Origin: a bacterium
Lineage (GTDB): Bacteria; Patescibacteriota; Minisyncoccia; Minisyncoccales; GWA2-38-27
DNA length: 59,696 nucleotides
NCBI GenBank assembly: GCA_029553225.1
Contig: JAKPCP010000060.1
Location: forward strand, 1 to 59,696
Direction of reading: 5' to 3'
The notes below the pieces were generated by a model. The model was given only the letters and a program-made list of their open reading frames with translations. It did no database searches and was not told where the DNA came from. Made by a program: the position numbers and the translations under genes. This document shows, piece after piece, positions 17,429-26,829 of this stretch (positions are counted from its first letter, which is position 1; the number at the start of each line of letters is the position of its first letter).

Positions 17429-19249
17429 TTAATCTATTAAATTTTCTATTTTCTTTTTAATTGAAGCAGGCACAATATTATGCTTTTTATTATATTCCAT
17501 CTGAATATTTCTTCTTCTTTCTGATTCCTTTATTGCTCTTTTAATTGAACCTGTAATATTATCCGCGTATAAAATAACTTTTCCTGAAACATTTCTTGCA
17601 CATCTTCCCATAATTTGTATTAAAGATGTTTCGCTTCTTAAAAATCCTTCTCTATCTGCATCAAGAATAGCAACAAGCGTTACTTCCGGAAAATCCAATC
17701 CTTCTCGCAATAAATTAACCCCAACCAAAACATTGAATTTTCCTCTTCTAAAATCAGTTAAAATCTCTGTTCTTTTTAAAGTTTTAATATCAGAATGAAG
17801 ATAATTAACTTTTATATTCTTTTTTAAAAGAAAATCAGTTAAATCTTCAGCCATTTTTTTTGTTAAAACATTAATTATAGCTCTTTCGTTTTTTTGAGAA
17901 ATCAATTCAATTTCTTCAATTATATCATCTATCTGTCCCCTATTTTTTTCTTTATCAAAAACAGGACGTACTTCAATTAATGGATCAACTAATCCTGTTG
18001 GCCTAATAATTAATTCTACAATCTGTTCTGAATTTTTCTTTTCAAAATCAGAAGGAGTGGCAGAAGTAAAAATAGCTTGGTCTATTCTTTCTAAAAACTC
18101 TTTAAATTTTAATGGACGATTATCCAAGGCTGAAGGCAAACGCCATCCATACTGAATTAAAGTTTCTTTTCTTGCTCTATCTCCCTCATACATTCCTCTA
18201 ATTTGAGGAATAGAAATATGAGATTCATCTATTATGGTGATAAAATCAGGCTTGCCGTTTTTTTGCGGAAAATAAGAAAGTAAAGTTTCTGGCGCTTCCC
18301 CAGAAAGCTTACCATTTAAATGTCTTGAATAATTTTCAATTCCATGACAATATCCAATGCTTTTTAACATTTCTATATCATATCTAGTTCTTCTTTCTAA
18401 TCTTTCTGCTTCTAAAAATAATTTATTCTTTTTAAAGTATTCTATTCTTTCTTTTAATTCTTTTTTTATTTCTTCAATTGCTTTTTCTCTCTGAGGCTCA
18501 GAAGAAATAAAATGTTTCACCGGAAAAATAACTAATTCTTCTGTTTCTTTTAAAATTGTTTTTTTAAAAGGGTCTTCTAATAATATTTTTTTAATTTTTT
18601 GATCAGAAATTTCTATGTAATTTATAATATCTCCTGAAGCAGGCATTATTTCAAAAACATCTCCCCTCACCCTAAAAGTTCCTCTTTTTAAAACGCTATT
18701 TGTTCTTTCAAATTGAATTTTTATTAATTGCCTAATTAAATCTCCTCTTGTTATTGATTTACCCACTTCTAAATGCAAAGAGGATCCAAAATAATTTAAA
18801 GGCAAGCCTAAATTATAAATACAAGAAACAGAAGCAATAATAATTACATCTCTTCTTAAAAGAAGAGCGCTTGTTGCCCTGTGTCTTAATTTATCTATTT
18901 CTTCGTTAATTAAAGCTTCTTTTTCAATATAAGTATCACTAATAGGCAAATATGCTTCTGGCTGATAATAATCATAATACGAAACAAAATAATTAACTGA
19001 ATTTTCCGGAAAAAATGTTTTATATTCCCGATAAAGTTGAGCAGCTAAAGTTTTGTTTGGAGCAATTACCAAAACAGGCCTATCAAAATGACTTATAACA
19101 TTAGCCATTGTAAAAGTTTTCCCAGAACCAGTCACTCCTAAAAGAGTTTGAAAACGATATCCTTTTTTTAACCCATAAACTAATTTTTCTATTGCTTCTG
19201 GTTGACCTCCGCTTGGCTTATATGGAGAATGAAGTTTAAATAATTCCAT
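17429..19249 (-). CDS. uvrB: Excinuclease ABC subunit B, lacking the C-terminal UVR tail
   Basis: GVTGSGKT and IIDESH motifs plus helicase motifs V/VI. 606 aa, ending shortly after ...YNKKHNIVP. Confidence 0.95.
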   Translation of the reverse strand: MELFKLHSPYKPSGGQPEAIEKLVYGLKKGYRFQTLLGVTGSGKTFTMANVISHFDRPVLVIAPNKTLAAQLYREYKTFFPENSVNYFVSYYDYYQPEAYLPISDTYIEKEALINEEIDKLRHRATSALLLRRDVIIIASVSCIYNLGLPLNYFGSSLHLEVGKSITRGDLIRQLIKIQFERTNSVLKRGTFRVRGDVFEIMPASGDIINYIEISDQKIKKILLEDPFKKTILKETEELVIFPVKHFISSEPQREKAIEEIKKELKERIEYFKKNKLFLEAERLERRTRYDIEMLKSIGYCHGIENYSRHLNGKLSGEAPETLLSYFPQKNGKPDFITIIDESHISIPQIRGMYEGDRARKETLIQYGWRLPSALDNRPLKFKEFLERIDQAIFTSATPSDFEKKNSEQIVELIIRPTGLVDPLIEVRPVFDKEKNRGQIDDIIEEIELISQKNERAIINVLTKKMAEDLTDFLLKKNIKVNYLHSDIKTLKRTEILTDFRRGKFNVLVGVNLLREGLDFPEVTLVAILDADREGFLRSETSLIQIMGRCARNVSGKVILYADNITGSIKRAIKESERRRNIQMEYNKKHNIVPASIKKKIENLID

Positions 19250-19355
19250 TTAAATACCAAAAATTGCCACATCTTGGTTTTATACACTATAATAACGTGG
19301 CTTTATTTTAATTTTAGATATTTTTAGAATAATACTTTTCTTTTAAAAATTCAAG

Positions 19356-20324
19356 TTATCCTTTAATAAGTTTTTTAAATTCTTCTACCATCGGCACTTC
19401 TATATTTTCAACATTATATTTTAAAGAGAGATAATAAGAAACCCAATCTGCCAATAATAAAGAAGAGAAAACTTTTTCTAAATCATTTTCTCCAGAAAGA
19501 TTTATTTCTTTGATTTTTAAATTTCTTTTTTTAAAAAGTTTTTTTAACACTTCCATTCTTTTTATAATTCTAAAATTATCATTTTTATCTTTAAGCAAAA
19601 GAAAATAAAATTTCTCTGATAAATTTTTAGTTTTTTCTCTAATATCAAACCCTGTCATTTCGTTATGATTAAGCTCTGGAAAAACATTATAAAATGCTGG
19701 AATTTTAGAATTTTCATTAAATTTTATTTTCCAATTATAGGCAATCGCCATATTTTTTTCTGAGGAGTAAATAATGGGAACATAACCAAAAATTTCTTCT
19801 GCTATTTTTTTCCCTTGTTTTTCTAATTTTTTAGGGTTTAAAATTAAAGATAGATTAGAAGATTTAATAATAAGTTTTCTATCTCCTATTACTTCTAAAA
19901 GAGATTTAATTGTAAGCCCTAAAGCAAATCTCGGTTGAATTTTTAAATCCGGCATTTGAATGTAAGGAATTTTATCTTTTTTTGCCATTTCTAAAAGCTT
20001 TCCTCCAATACTAATAGCAAAAACAGAAATTTTTTTATTTTTTGCTTTCAAGTAAGCATCTATTACCTCCTCTGTATTCCCAGAATAAGAACTTAAAATT
20101 ACTAAACTTTTTTTCAAAATACTATTAGGAATTTCTGGAAGACCATAATTTTTATGGATAATTATTGGTAATTCTGGTTTTATAGTTTTTAAAACATCAG
20201 CTGATAAATGCGAACCCCCCATTCCTATAACAATATAAAAATCATATTTTTTTAATTTTTCTTTATTAATTATTTTTGGTTTAAAAAGGAATTGTTTTGG
20301 AAAATCTTCTATAATATTTTTCAT
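19356..20324 (-). CDS. Bifunctional phosphoglucose/phosphomannose isomerase-like SIS protein
   Basis: 322 aa with GMGGS and SYSGNTEE SIS motifs and an archaeal-type PGI/PMI layout. Confidence 0.65.
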   Translation of the reverse strand: MKNIIEDFPKQFLFKPKIINKEKLKKYDFYIVIGMGGSHLSADVLKTIKPELPIIIHKNYGLPEIPNSILKKSLVILSSYSGNTEEVIDAYLKAKNKKISVFAISIGGKLLEMAKKDKIPYIQMPDLKIQPRFALGLTIKSLLEVIGDRKLIIKSSNLSLILNPKKLEKQGKKIAEEIFGYVPIIYSSEKNMAIAYNWKIKFNENSKIPAFYNVFPELNHNEMTGFDIREKTKNLSEKFYFLLLKDKNDNFRIIKRMEVLKKLFKKRNLKIKEINLSGENDLEKVFSSLLLADWVSYYLSLKYNVENIEVPMVEEFKKLIKG

Positions 20325-20333
20325 AACTATAAA

Positions 20334-22256
20334 TTATATTTTATTTAATTTTAAAATATTTAATAATTTTTTAGTTTCAATAGTTGCAACACCAATTACT
20401 TTATCTGCTCCGCCATAATAAACAAAAAGCGTTCCATTAATATCAACTGCACCGCAAGAAAAAACAACATTTGGGACTAATCCCTCTTTTTCATAAGGCA
20501 TTTCCGGCTCTAAAATCGGATTTATTGTTCTTCCTAAAATTTTGACAGGATCTTTTAAATCTAATAAAACCGCTCCTAATCTATAAAAATTATCATCGTC
20601 AGAAATACCGTGATATAAAAGAATCCAGCCGTCTTTTGTTTTTATCGGAGGAGCAACTGCTCCTATTTTTTTACTATCCCACCACCCTTTTCTTCTATAA
20701 ATCCATCTATTCTCATCTAACCATTCCCCTTCTTCAAAGTTCAAATCTTTGCAAAAAGAATAATCAATATCATATCCAACTCGGTGGACAATCATATAAT
20801 TTTTATTTACCTTTTCAGGAAAAACAAAAGCATTTTTATCATTTAAATCAATAGGAGAAATCACTTGAGGTTTTTCCCACTTATTCCATTTTTTTTCAAT
20901 AAAATCCTTTACTTTTATCGAGGTTAGAGCAACTCTTGGGATAATACCATTATAAGCGGTATAACACATATAAATTTTATTATTTATTTTTGTTAGTCTC
21001 GGATCTTCGCATCCACAAGAAACATCAGAAGATGTTCTTTTTTCAAAATCTTCTCTAGGGACATAAATAGGTTCAGGCGAACGCCAATCTATATTAAATC
21101 CATCTTTACTTACTGCATAACCTAATGTTGAAACATTATCTTCTGAAATTGCTCGATAAACTAAATGTACTTTATTATCAAGATAAATTACACCTGGATT
21201 AAAAACCGCCTTTTTCTCCCAAGGATGTTTTTCTATCGGAGCAAGAATTGGATTTTTTTCAAAACGTTTTAATTTTGCTTCTACCTTATCTTTTTCCAAT
21301 ATTTCTTTTAATAAAGAGGAAAGTTCTATTTGAGCAAGACAACAAACAGTATCTGCTCCTCCATAATAAAGATAAATCCAGTTTCCTTTTATCAAAGCTC
21401 CTGTGGGAAAAACAACATTTGGCACTAATCCCATTCTTTCATAATATTCTTCAGGAGTTAAAATAGGCATTTCAAATTTAGAAATAATTTTTGACGGGTC
21501 TTTTAAATCTAATAAAACCACTTCTACTCCGAATAAACGCTTAGGAGAATAATAATTACGAATATAAGAATAAAAAACCAACCAGCCATATTTTGTCTTT
21601 AAAGGCGGAGCCCCAACTTCAATAAAATCTTCTGGTTTTCTTTGCAATGGCAAAGAATATTTTTCAAAATTTTTATACCACTTGTTCCAAAATTTTTCAG
21701 ACCAAATTTCATTTTCTTTATCAAAACTTACAAGACAAATTTTTGAAGGAGGAATATCTGTATTAACGGTTAAAAGAGCCCATATTTTTCCATTTATTTT
21801 TTCTGGAAAAAGAGTCATTGCCTTAGCATTAAAAGGAGTAACCAAATATTTTTCTTCTATTTTTTTAAAATCTTTTGTTATTGCTAATCCTACTTTAATT
21901 CCATCTGCCTGAAAAGGATATTTAGATAAAGCGGTATAAAAAATATAATATTTATTATTAAGTTTTGTTACTCTTGGATCCTCACATCCAATTTTTTCCC
22001 ATTCTTTTTCTGGAAAAATAAATTTTCTTCTATTTTTAAAATTAATTCCATCTTTACTTTCTGCAATTCCAATATCAGAACTAATAATATCTGCTCTTGC
22101 CCAAGTATGATAATGATTCATTGAAATTGCTCGATAAAGAAGGAAAATCTTTCCATTATTTTTTATAGGACATGGATTAAAAACCGCTTCTGCTTCCCAA
22201 GCATGTTCTCTTATTGGTTTTAAAATAGGATTTTGAGGTAATCTTTTTATTATCAT
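20334..22256 (-). CDS. Tandem GH130-family (DUF377) glycoside phosphorylase/hydrolase, two fused modules
   Basis: 640 aa in two ~310-aa halves. Each has NP(I/V)L.P...W(E)...FNP, YRA, CEDPR, YTA and YYGGAD blocks. Confidence 0.7.
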   Translation of the reverse strand: MIIKRLPQNPILKPIREHAWEAEAVFNPCPIKNNGKIFLLYRAISMNHYHTWARADIISSDIGIAESKDGINFKNRRKFIFPEKEWEKIGCEDPRVTKLNNKYYIFYTALSKYPFQADGIKVGLAITKDFKKIEEKYLVTPFNAKAMTLFPEKINGKIWALLTVNTDIPPSKICLVSFDKENEIWSEKFWNKWYKNFEKYSLPLQRKPEDFIEVGAPPLKTKYGWLVFYSYIRNYYSPKRLFGVEVVLLDLKDPSKIISKFEMPILTPEEYYERMGLVPNVVFPTGALIKGNWIYLYYGGADTVCCLAQIELSSLLKEILEKDKVEAKLKRFEKNPILAPIEKHPWEKKAVFNPGVIYLDNKVHLVYRAISEDNVSTLGYAVSKDGFNIDWRSPEPIYVPREDFEKRTSSDVSCGCEDPRLTKINNKIYMCYTAYNGIIPRVALTSIKVKDFIEKKWNKWEKPQVISPIDLNDKNAFVFPEKVNKNYMIVHRVGYDIDYSFCKDLNFEEGEWLDENRWIYRRKGWWDSKKIGAVAPPIKTKDGWILLYHGISDDDNFYRLGAVLLDLKDPVKILGRTINPILEPEMPYEKEGLVPNVVFSCGAVDINGTLFVYYGGADKVIGVATIETKKLLNILKLNKI

Positions 22257-22274
22257 TTTTTTATTTTTTAGTTT

Positions 22275-23438
22275 TTAATTAATTATCTTCTTTAATTTTT
22301 TTTGTTTTAACTTTGGCTTTATATTTTTTATTAGGTTTTCTAAAAATTCTTCAAAATTAGCATAAGCAACGCAAACATAACTATCAGCTACTCCATAATA
22401 AATTAAAATTTTTTCATCTTTTACAACTGCACCAGATACATAAACAATGCCTGGCTTAAACCCAATTTCTTGAAAATATTCATCTGGTTCTAATATTGGT
22501 TCTTTTAATTTAGTTAATATTTTTTCAGGATTATTTAAATCTAAAAGCATTGCCCCTACTTTATATTTTGAAAAATCAAATTTATCAATCCCATGATAAA
22601 AAACCAACCAGCCATATTTTGTCTTTAAAGGCGGAGCTCCGATTCCTCTTATTCTTGATTCCCAACTATTATCTTCTTTAATTTCCCCATTATAATAACT
22701 TGAAATATACTCATTCTCATTAAACTTTAAAGAATCCCTATAATTTATTAAAATTTTAGGACTTAAACTATGTAAAATTGCATATTTATTATTTATTTTT
22801 TCTGGAAAAATAACCCAATTTTTATGAACTTCATTTGGAGGAGATATTAAAACAGGTTTTTCCCAATTCCATTTTTTTTCTAAAAAATCTCCTACTTTTA
22901 TTGAAGTTAATCCCACACCTAAACCATTATCACAGGCAGTATAAGTCATATAAATAGTATCCTCATCCTTAACCCTTGTTAAACGAGGATCTTCTGCGCC
23001 ACTAAAACTTCCGCCTGAAGCAAATGAATAATAATTTAATTTTTTACTTATTAAAGGATGCTCATAAACAGGATAGTTTAATCTTTCATCAATAAAAAAA
23101 CCATCTGGAGAAGAAGCGTATCCAAAACGAGAAATGCCATCAGAACCGATTGCTCGATATAAAAAATGCACCCTATTATTTAATAAAATTACCCCGGGAT
23201 TAAAAGTTTGCCATGATTCCCAATTATGCTCTCTAATAGGAGAAATTATTAAATTCTTTTTTGGTTTAATTATTAATATTTTTTTCTCTTCTAATTTTTT
23301 ATTTTTCTCTTTTTTAATAATTTTTCTTTTCTTAATATTTTTTTCTTTTTTGTTCCTTAAACCTTTTTTTAATTTTAAAGGTTTTTTTCTAGAAGAAGCA
23401 TTTTTTTTATTGATTTTAGAATTTTTATTTTTTTTCAT
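22275..23438 (-). CDS. GH130-family protein with ~65-aa Lys-rich N-terminal extension
   Basis: 387 aa. Its core is paralogous to each half of the neighbouring gene (REHNWESWQTFNPG, AEDPRLT, YYGVAD). Confidence 0.7.
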   Translation of the reverse strand: MKKNKNSKINKKNASSRKKPLKLKKGLRNKKEKNIKKRKIIKKEKNKKLEEKKILIIKPKKNLIISPIREHNWESWQTFNPGVILLNNRVHFLYRAIGSDGISRFGYASSPDGFFIDERLNYPVYEHPLISKKLNYYSFASGGSFSGAEDPRLTRVKDEDTIYMTYTACDNGLGVGLTSIKVGDFLEKKWNWEKPVLISPPNEVHKNWVIFPEKINNKYAILHSLSPKILINYRDSLKFNENEYISSYYNGEIKEDNSWESRIRGIGAPPLKTKYGWLVFYHGIDKFDFSKYKVGAMLLDLNNPEKILTKLKEPILEPDEYFQEIGFKPGIVYVSGAVVKDEKILIYYGVADSYVCVAYANFEEFLENLIKNIKPKLKQKKLKKIIN

Positions 23439-23476
23439 ATTACTCTAAATATTAAAATTATTTTTTAAATTTAGCA

Positions 23477-24319
23477 TTAAGGTTTTAATAAAGTCTCTGC
23501 TTCTTCAATCAATTTATAAAAAGATTTTCTTGATACATTAAATTTTTTTATAAATTTTTCAGAATTAATTTTTAAAACATCTTGAACTAACATTATTTTT
23601 TGGGAAACAAAAATATCTTTTATTTCACCCTTTAAGGATGGCAAAATAGTAATAGGATAAAGCTTATATTTTTCTATCAGATATTCCAATCCTTTATTTG
23701 AGGGAATTCTCCATCCAATTGCATTAATTTTCATACATTTTAAATAATCAAATGCCTGATTTGTAAATTTAGTATTAGTTACCATCATTGTTTTTATTTT
23801 AAAGTCTTTATATTTTAAAGATTTGAAATAAAAACCGTTTAAAATATCTAAAAAACGAGCATAATTTGATAAAGCATCTTGAGAATGGACTCTGTCTCCA
23901 AAAAGATTTCTATATTTACATTCCCCTATAAAAATTAAATTTCTTTTTTGAGCAATAAAATCTATCTCATATTTATTAATACATTTACCAGGCAAATATT
24001 GATTAATTTTCACTTTATAGCCTAACTTTTTTAAAATTTCTCCAACATATTTTTCAAATAAAAAACCTGTAGGCCCCAATTTTCTAATTGATTCTTTTAA
24101 ATCATAACGCAAAGCAACTTTTAAAGATTTTTCCTGAAGTAATTCCTTAATCCTTTCATAAATTTCTGAAGTTTTAATTCCTGAATAAGCTTCTTTTTTA
24201 ATAATACTAGCAACTTCTTTTGCTAAGTCATCTGAAGCGCCAGCCCTTTTTATACTTTGATAAACTTTCTTATAAGAAAAAGGTTCTTTTTTATTTTCTG
24301 AATTTATAACAAAAATCAT
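23477..24319 (-). CDS. ATP-cone domain fused to PD-(D/E)xK (Mrr-like) nuclease domain
   Basis: The N-terminus (NSENKKEPFSYKKVYQSIKRAG) is ATP-cone-like. The C-terminal half has YEIDFIA...IGECKY (D...ExK). Confidence 0.65.
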   Translation of the reverse strand: MIFVINSENKKEPFSYKKVYQSIKRAGASDDLAKEVASIIKKEAYSGIKTSEIYERIKELLQEKSLKVALRYDLKESIRKLGPTGFLFEKYVGEILKKLGYKVKINQYLPGKCINKYEIDFIAQKRNLIFIGECKYRNLFGDRVHSQDALSNYARFLDILNGFYFKSLKYKDFKIKTMMVTNTKFTNQAFDYLKCMKINAIGWRIPSNKGLEYLIEKYKLYPITILPSLKGEIKDIFVSQKIMLVQDVLKINSEKFIKKFNVSRKSFYKLIEEAETLLKP

Positions 24320-24410
24320 ATTGTAATATTTTTCTTATAATATTAATTTTAACAAATTTAAATTAAAATAACAAAAGAAAAAACAGGAATAAAAAAAATA
24401 TTTTTAAAAC

Positions 24411-24439
24411 TTGTAAATAAATATTTTATTTGTTATAAA
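24411..24439 (+). promoter_or_regulatory. dnaB promoter (TTGTAA-17-TGTTATAAA); ATG 6 nt downstream, possibly leaderless
   Basis: -35 at 24411-24416 and extended -10 at 24431-24439. No SD before the ATG at 24446. Confidence 0.4.
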
Positions 24440-24445
24440 AAATTA

Positions 24446-25822
24446 ATGAACAAAAATTTAAAAGAAAATATTAATAATATAGAAAAACTGCCGCCACAGA
24501 ATATTGAAGCAGAAAAATCTGTTTTAGGCGCTTTAATGATTGATAAAAACGCTATTATTAAAGTAGCGGATTTTTTACAACCAATTGATTTTTATAAAAA
24601 AAACCACCAAGAAATTTATAAAATAATATTAGAGCTTTTTGAAAAAAATGAAGCAATTGATTTATTATCAGTTTCCGCTAGATTAAAAGAAAAAAAACTG
24701 CTTGAAGAGATTGGGGGGAATAGTTATTTAACTGAACTTATAAATTCAGTTCCAACAGCAGCTCATATTTTAAGCCATGCAAGAACAATCCAAAGAAAAA
24801 GAATTTTAAGAAACTTAATTGAAGCTGGGCAAGAAATTAATTTAATGGGTTATAATGAAGAAGAAGATGTTGATCTTTTATTAGATAAAGCTGAACAAAA
24901 AATATTTAGCATTGCTCAAAAGAGTTTAACCCAAAATTTTATCCCAATTAAAGATACACTAGAAGAGGCTTTTGAAAGAATTGATAAGTTATCAAAACAC
25001 CAAGGCGGAATTAGAGGAATTCCTACAGGATTCAAAGATTTAGATAATGTTTTAGCCGGATTTCAAAAATCAGATTTAATAATTTTGGCCTCAAGACCAT
25101 CAATGGGAAAATCAAGCTTAGCTTTAAATATTGCGGCAAATATAGCAATAAATGAAAATTTAGCAGTGGGAATATTTAGTTTAGAAATGTCAAAAGATCA
25201 AATTGTTGATAGATTAATATCATCTTTATCAAATGTTGATTTATGGAAGTTAAGAACCGGACGACTTTCAAATGATAGTGAAAATAATGATTTTGAAAGA
25301 ATTCAAAATGCTCTAGGAATTTTATCAAAAGCGCCAATTTTTATAGATGATTCTTCTTCTCCAAATATTTTACAAATGAAAGCAATGGCTCGACGATTAC
25401 AAGCAGAACATGATCTAGGATTAATTGTTGTTGATTATTTACAATTGATGGAACCAAGAAACCCAACACTTGGTGTTGTCCAACAAGTATCAGAAATTTC
25501 CCGCTCCTTAAAAGGAATGGCTAGAGAATTAAATATTCCTGTCCTTGCCCTTTCTCAATTGTCACGAGCAGTGGAACATAGAATTCCTCAAATCCCAAGA
25601 TTAGCAGATTTAAGAGAATCTGGCTCTTTAGAACAAGATGCTGATGTTGTTTTATTTATTTATAGAGAGGATAGATATAGAGAAGACACTGAAAGAAAAA
25701 ATATTGCTGATATTATTATCGCAAAGCACAGAAACGGGCCCGTTGGAAAAGTAGAACTTTATTTTGACGACCAAAGAGCCTGTTTTAGGAACCTAGAAAA
25801 AGAAGAGTATCTTACAGAATAA
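24446..25822 (+). CDS. dnaB: Replicative DNA helicase
   Basis: PQNIEAEKSVLGALM N-terminus, Walker A SRPSMGKSS, and IVVDYLQLM. Confidence 0.95.
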   Translation: MNKNLKENINNIEKLPPQNIEAEKSVLGALMIDKNAIIKVADFLQPIDFYKKNHQEIYKIILELFEKNEAIDLLSVSARLKEKKLLEEIGGNSYLTELINSVPTAAHILSHARTIQRKRILRNLIEAGQEINLMGYNEEEDVDLLLDKAEQKIFSIAQKSLTQNFIPIKDTLEEAFERIDKLSKHQGGIRGIPTGFKDLDNVLAGFQKSDLIILASRPSMGKSSLALNIAANIAINENLAVGIFSLEMSKDQIVDRLISSLSNVDLWKLRTGRLSNDSENNDFERIQNALGILSKAPIFIDDSSSPNILQMKAMARRLQAEHDLGLIVVDYLQLMEPRNPTLGVVQQVSEISRSLKGMARELNIPVLALSQLSRAVEHRIPQIPRLADLRESGSLEQDADVVLFIYREDRYREDTERKNIADIIIAKHRNGPVGKVELYFDDQRACFRNLEKEEYLTE

Positions 25823-25825
25823 AAT

Positions 25826-26446
25826 ATGTATTCTCCGTTAATTCAAAAAATAATTAACTTATTTTCAAAATTTCCGAGTATAGGACCAAAAACCGCTGCC
25901 CGTTTTGTTTTTTATTTAACAAAAATGCCTAAAGAAGATTTTGATGATTTAATTAATTCTTTAATAGAGTTAAAAGAAAAAATAAAATTATGTCCGTTTT
26001 GTTTTAATTTTTTTGAAGGAGAGAATGAACTTTGCGAAATTTGTTCTTCTCCTTTACGGGATAAAAAAACTTTATGCATTGTAGAAAAAGAAACCGATCT
26101 TCAATCAATTGAAAATACAACAAAATATAATGGGTTGTATTTTGTTTTAGGCGGAACCCTTTCTAATTTAAGAAAAAAAGATATTGAAAAATTAAGAATT
26201 CAAGAACTTACAGATAGAATAAAAGAACCACAAAAATTTAATATTTCAACTAATGGATTTGAAGAAATTATTTTAGCAATAAATCCCACACCCGAGGGAG
26301 AAGCAACGATTTTATATCTTGAAAGATTATTAAAACCCTTAAATATAAAAATCAGCAAACTTGCTAAGGGTTTGCCGATTGGCGGAGAATTAGAATACGC
26401 AGATATAGAAACTTTATCCTCTGCTTTAGAGAATAGAAAAGAGTAA
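25826..26446 (+). CDS. recR: Recombination protein RecR
   Basis: PSIGPKTAARF HhH, C4 zinc finger (CPFC...CEIC) and a Toprim segment. Confidence 0.9.
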   Translation: MYSPLIQKIINLFSKFPSIGPKTAARFVFYLTKMPKEDFDDLINSLIELKEKIKLCPFCFNFFEGENELCEICSSPLRDKKTLCIVEKETDLQSIENTTKYNGLYFVLGGTLSNLRKKDIEKLRIQELTDRIKEPQKFNISTNGFEEIILAINPTPEGEATILYLERLLKPLNIKISKLAKGLPIGGELEYADIETLSSALENRKE

Positions 26447-26453
26447 TATTTTT

Positions 26454-26771
26454 TTATTTACTATATTCTATATTTTTAATCTCTATTTCAGTAAATGGCT
26501 GCCTATGTCCCTTTTTCTTTCTATACCTTGTTTTTGATTTATATTTTAAAATAGTTATTTTCTTATTTCTTCCTTGTTTTAAAATTTTTCCAATTACTTT
26601 TGCTCCTTTAACCAAAGGTTTTCCGATTTCTATATTATTATCTTTTTCTAATAATAAAACGTCGGAAAATGTTACTTCATCTCCTTCTTTTCCTTTTATT
26701 TTTTCAATTTTTATTTTTTGATTTGGCGAAACTAAATATTGTTTTCCGCCAGTTTTAATTACCGCTAACAT
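26454..26771 (-). CDS. rplU: 50S ribosomal protein L21
   Basis: MLAVIKTGGKQY... and KKGHRQ motifs. 105 aa. Confidence 0.9.
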   Translation of the reverse strand: MLAVIKTGGKQYLVSPNQKIKIEKIKGKEGDEVTFSDVLLLEKDNNIEIGKPLVKGAKVIGKILKQGRNKKITILKYKSKTRYRKKKGHRQPFTEIEIKNIEYSK

Positions 26772-26829
26772 ATTTTATCTGTTTCAAAATAAAAATTTAT
26801 AATTTTAAATAATATCAAACAAATATTTC

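Noticed and set aside
23134-23448. A 104-aa plus-strand ORF with striking Phe/Leu runs.
   Set aside because: It is the mirror image of the AAA/AAG-rich Lys extension of the GH130 gene on the minus strand, not an independent gene.
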